Positions 61,782 to 64,000 of a stretch of DNA of 64,000 bases are shown piece after piece. The position numbers were made by a program, and so were the translations under genes. The stretch's first letter is position 1; every line of letters begins with the position of its first letter. The stretch is from Tubulanus polymorphus (Eukaryota; Animalia; Nemertea), in assembly GCF_964204645.1 (NCBI RefSeq), contig NC_134027.1:24142560-24206559 (forward strand), given 5' to 3'. The notes below the pieces were generated by a model, which saw only the letters and a list, made by a program, of their open reading frames with translations, made no database searches and was not told the origin of the DNA.

Positions 61782-62134
61782 TCCGTCCAGGGATGAAAAC
61801 GGCCCATATTGAAAAAGTCGGAAAATATTTTCAAAAAAAAAGAATTTTTCAGATTTTTTTTTTTTTGGAACAAAAATCAGTAACTTTTAGCCAAAAAACT
61901 TACTTCCTTTTGGTCAAAATGTAAATAGTTAGGGCCTGAATTAGAGCCGCTTTTTGAATGAGACGCCATATTGGTTTCTCCGACTCCGCAGCTGTGCTAA
62001 CAACTGCCGAAAACCATCTTAAGGAGCAAATTTGCCCCGATTGATGAACGCTTGTGCGATCGCGGCTTGCGTAGCTCGAAATACTTACAACAGGTAAAGG
62101 ACTATATGAATGAGATATGTGTAATTTATTTCAG

Positions 62135-62152
62135 CAGATGAAGGAGAGACCG
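62135..62152 (+). CDS. FLN: 15/18-nt NAGNAG microexon ((A)DEGET) in Ig22
   Basis: tttatttcAG|cAG|atgaaggagagaccg|GTAAGA; phase 1-1 from either acceptor. Confidence 0.6.
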
Positions 62153-63347
62153 GTAAGATGTTCGTGTGTGTAGGAGCTCTATCAAATAACAATAAATTGG
62201 CCTAGGAAGATGAATTTTAACCAGAGTTATCGAATTCATTATTATCATTATTATTATTATTAGTATTTTTATGTAGGGTTCGATATTAAAAAAAGATAGA
62301 GCGCTTCCGCCTATTAAACGAGCACAGTTTCAAAGCGATGATGATTAAGAGAAACATTTTAACATTTCGAAACGTGAATATTGTTTCCAGAGCTCGGTTC
62401 CACCGGTTGTAGGGTTGAAATTCCAAGTTCTAGATTCGATGAAATGAACTAAGTTTAAGTCGAAAGTCAAATCTGACCGACGAATGTCCATAAGTCGAGT
62501 TATTGAAAACTCTCACAGTTGTGGAACCGAGTCTGGATTTGTGCAGTATAGATTTTAGGTGAATTGAATAATGCTTTTTACACGATCGATTTGTAAATCG
62601 ACGATGCTTTCAGCTTGATTTGGTGTGGTACATGAATTCATGCTATATCTTCGTTCTTTTCATTCGTAGTTTTTTCATCGCTTTCATTTGCGTTATCATT
62701 ATCGCATCGACTCTGTGGTGTTCAGGGTCTAGTTTTATCGACGAGGCATCAATCGGCGGCCTGGACCGTGCGCTTCCTCAGATATTCATACTTCAAATTT
62801 TATATTGTCGACACTTCAAACATATTGAAAATGTACTAGACACTCCAGACATAAGACATTTTATCAGCACACTTTGACAAACTGATTGTCCACACTTTAC
62901 ATGTGTTCAGGACTTTACCATAGACATTTTTAATTGAAAATGAACTACAAACACCAGACATTAGACATTTTATCAGCTCACTGACAAACTGATGTCCACA
63001 CTTCACCCTACACTGGTGAATGAGAGAAGTGGTGGTTCCAGGCTGCATATTGACTCAATTGAATGAAAGTTTACACGATAAACCTTCGAAATCGAATTTG
63101 GAAATGAAAAAACTCATAACTGGCTCCACAGGTCTATGTGAAACTGCATTGTACTCTTTACGTGATAAAAATATTTCATTAAGAGTTCAGTTCTTCTATT
63201 TTCATTTATTCCCTGAAGATTTATTAATTCTCGCGACGAAAATTTATTTATCGGAATTTATTTTCTCGAAATTGACCCGTGCCCCTATTGCACCGAGAAG
63301 CATCGAGCGCGCGGTATTTATTCATACGTGCTAGCATTGTTTTGCAG

Positions 63348-63518
63348 ATAAATACGCAGTGAGATTCATCCCACACGAGAACGGACCCTACATGGTACAC
63401 GTACACTTCAACGACCACCCGATTCAAGGAAGTCCGTTCAGAATAATGGTCGGAAAGTTCATGGCCGACCCCGGTATGGTTCACGCCGCCGGCGAAGGTC
63501 TCGTCAGAGGTCAAACAG
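63348..63518 (+). CDS. FLN: Filamin exon, Ig22 end / Ig23 start
   Basis: ttgcAG|ataaat...acag|GTaaac; DKYAVRFIPHENG...DPGMVHAAGEGL. Confidence 0.95.
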
Positions 63519-63881
63519 GTAAACGAAACACCGATGATACGCGCCCAAATTTTGTATGAATTTTAACTAGTCATGGCGAGTGCTCCAACTGGGTACTGGT
63601 GAAATCAAACTCTCCTTGCTCAATTCAGAACAAGTCAATTGTTCCCTAATGAATACTGGTCACCTCTTCCTAATCAATGCTGGTCAATTGATTTGCTACC
63701 TACTCGATACTGGTCAAGCTGACCACGCGCCTTCCATATTTGGTTATGGTTTGGTGAAGTCAACCACATGTCTCAATTGAAATCCCTGCCCTTCAATTTG
63801 GGTAGAATTTTAACTGTTTCGAACCTCTCCCGCGGTCTATTATTCAACTCAGGACTTGACCCGGTTTTTGTATTTATCTAG

Positions 63882-64000
63882 GTCAACCGGCCAAGTTCGT
63901 CGTCGACACGGTCGACGCCGGCTCCGGAGCCCTCTCCGTTACGATCGACGGTCCGTCGAAGGTGGCGCTGCAGTGCAAGGAAGTGGAAGACGGCTACGAG
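63882..64000 (+). CDS. FLN: Filamin exon, Ig23 (runs off the window)
   Basis: tctAG|gtcaac; [40 protein letters not shown]. Confidence 0.93.

Larger units (their letters stand above)
582..64000 (+). other. FLN: Filamin gene (FLNA/cheerio family), internal multi-exon portion; both ends outside the window
   Basis: GT-AG exons join in consistent phase and encode consecutive filamin Ig repeats (GPGL...F.VDT..AG.G.L.V.IEGPS...DN.DGT..V.Y.P..PG.Y.I.VKF....IPGSPF) in the order of human FLNA Ig3-Ig23. Confidence 0.97.

Overview
This is eukaryotic (invertebrate animal) genomic DNA with AT-rich, repeat-laden introns. Almost the whole window is the interior of one plus-strand filamin gene (FLNA/cheerio family). 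I assembled 27 larger GT-AG exons in phase from 11057 to the window end. They encode 19 Ig-like filamin repeats, equivalent to human FLNA Ig3 to Ig23 with two rod-1 repeats absent; the actin-binding domain and Ig24 lie outside the window. Points of interest: (1) six symmetric phase-1 micro/mini-exons (9, 9, 15, 9, 54, 39 nt) over the first 9 kb join into a Pro/Ala-rich linker before Ig3; (2) further in-frame 9-24 nt microexon candidates lie in loops of Ig17, Ig18, Ig20 and Ig22; (3) a ~4.9 kb single-exon ORF (1630 codons, Ser/Thr/Glu/Arg-rich, repetitive) splices in phase onto the end of Ig16, predicting a filamin isoform with a giant disordered N-terminus; (4) a likely internal promoter and non-coding first exon for a short MPSG-start isoform; (5) palindromic Penelope-like relics carrying minimal hammerhead ribozyme motifs; (6) a tandem repeat that has multiplied a splice donor eight times. 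Several MITE families, tRNA-derived SINEs and minisatellites are also present. All splice and isoform models are read by eye from sequence and need RNA evidence.
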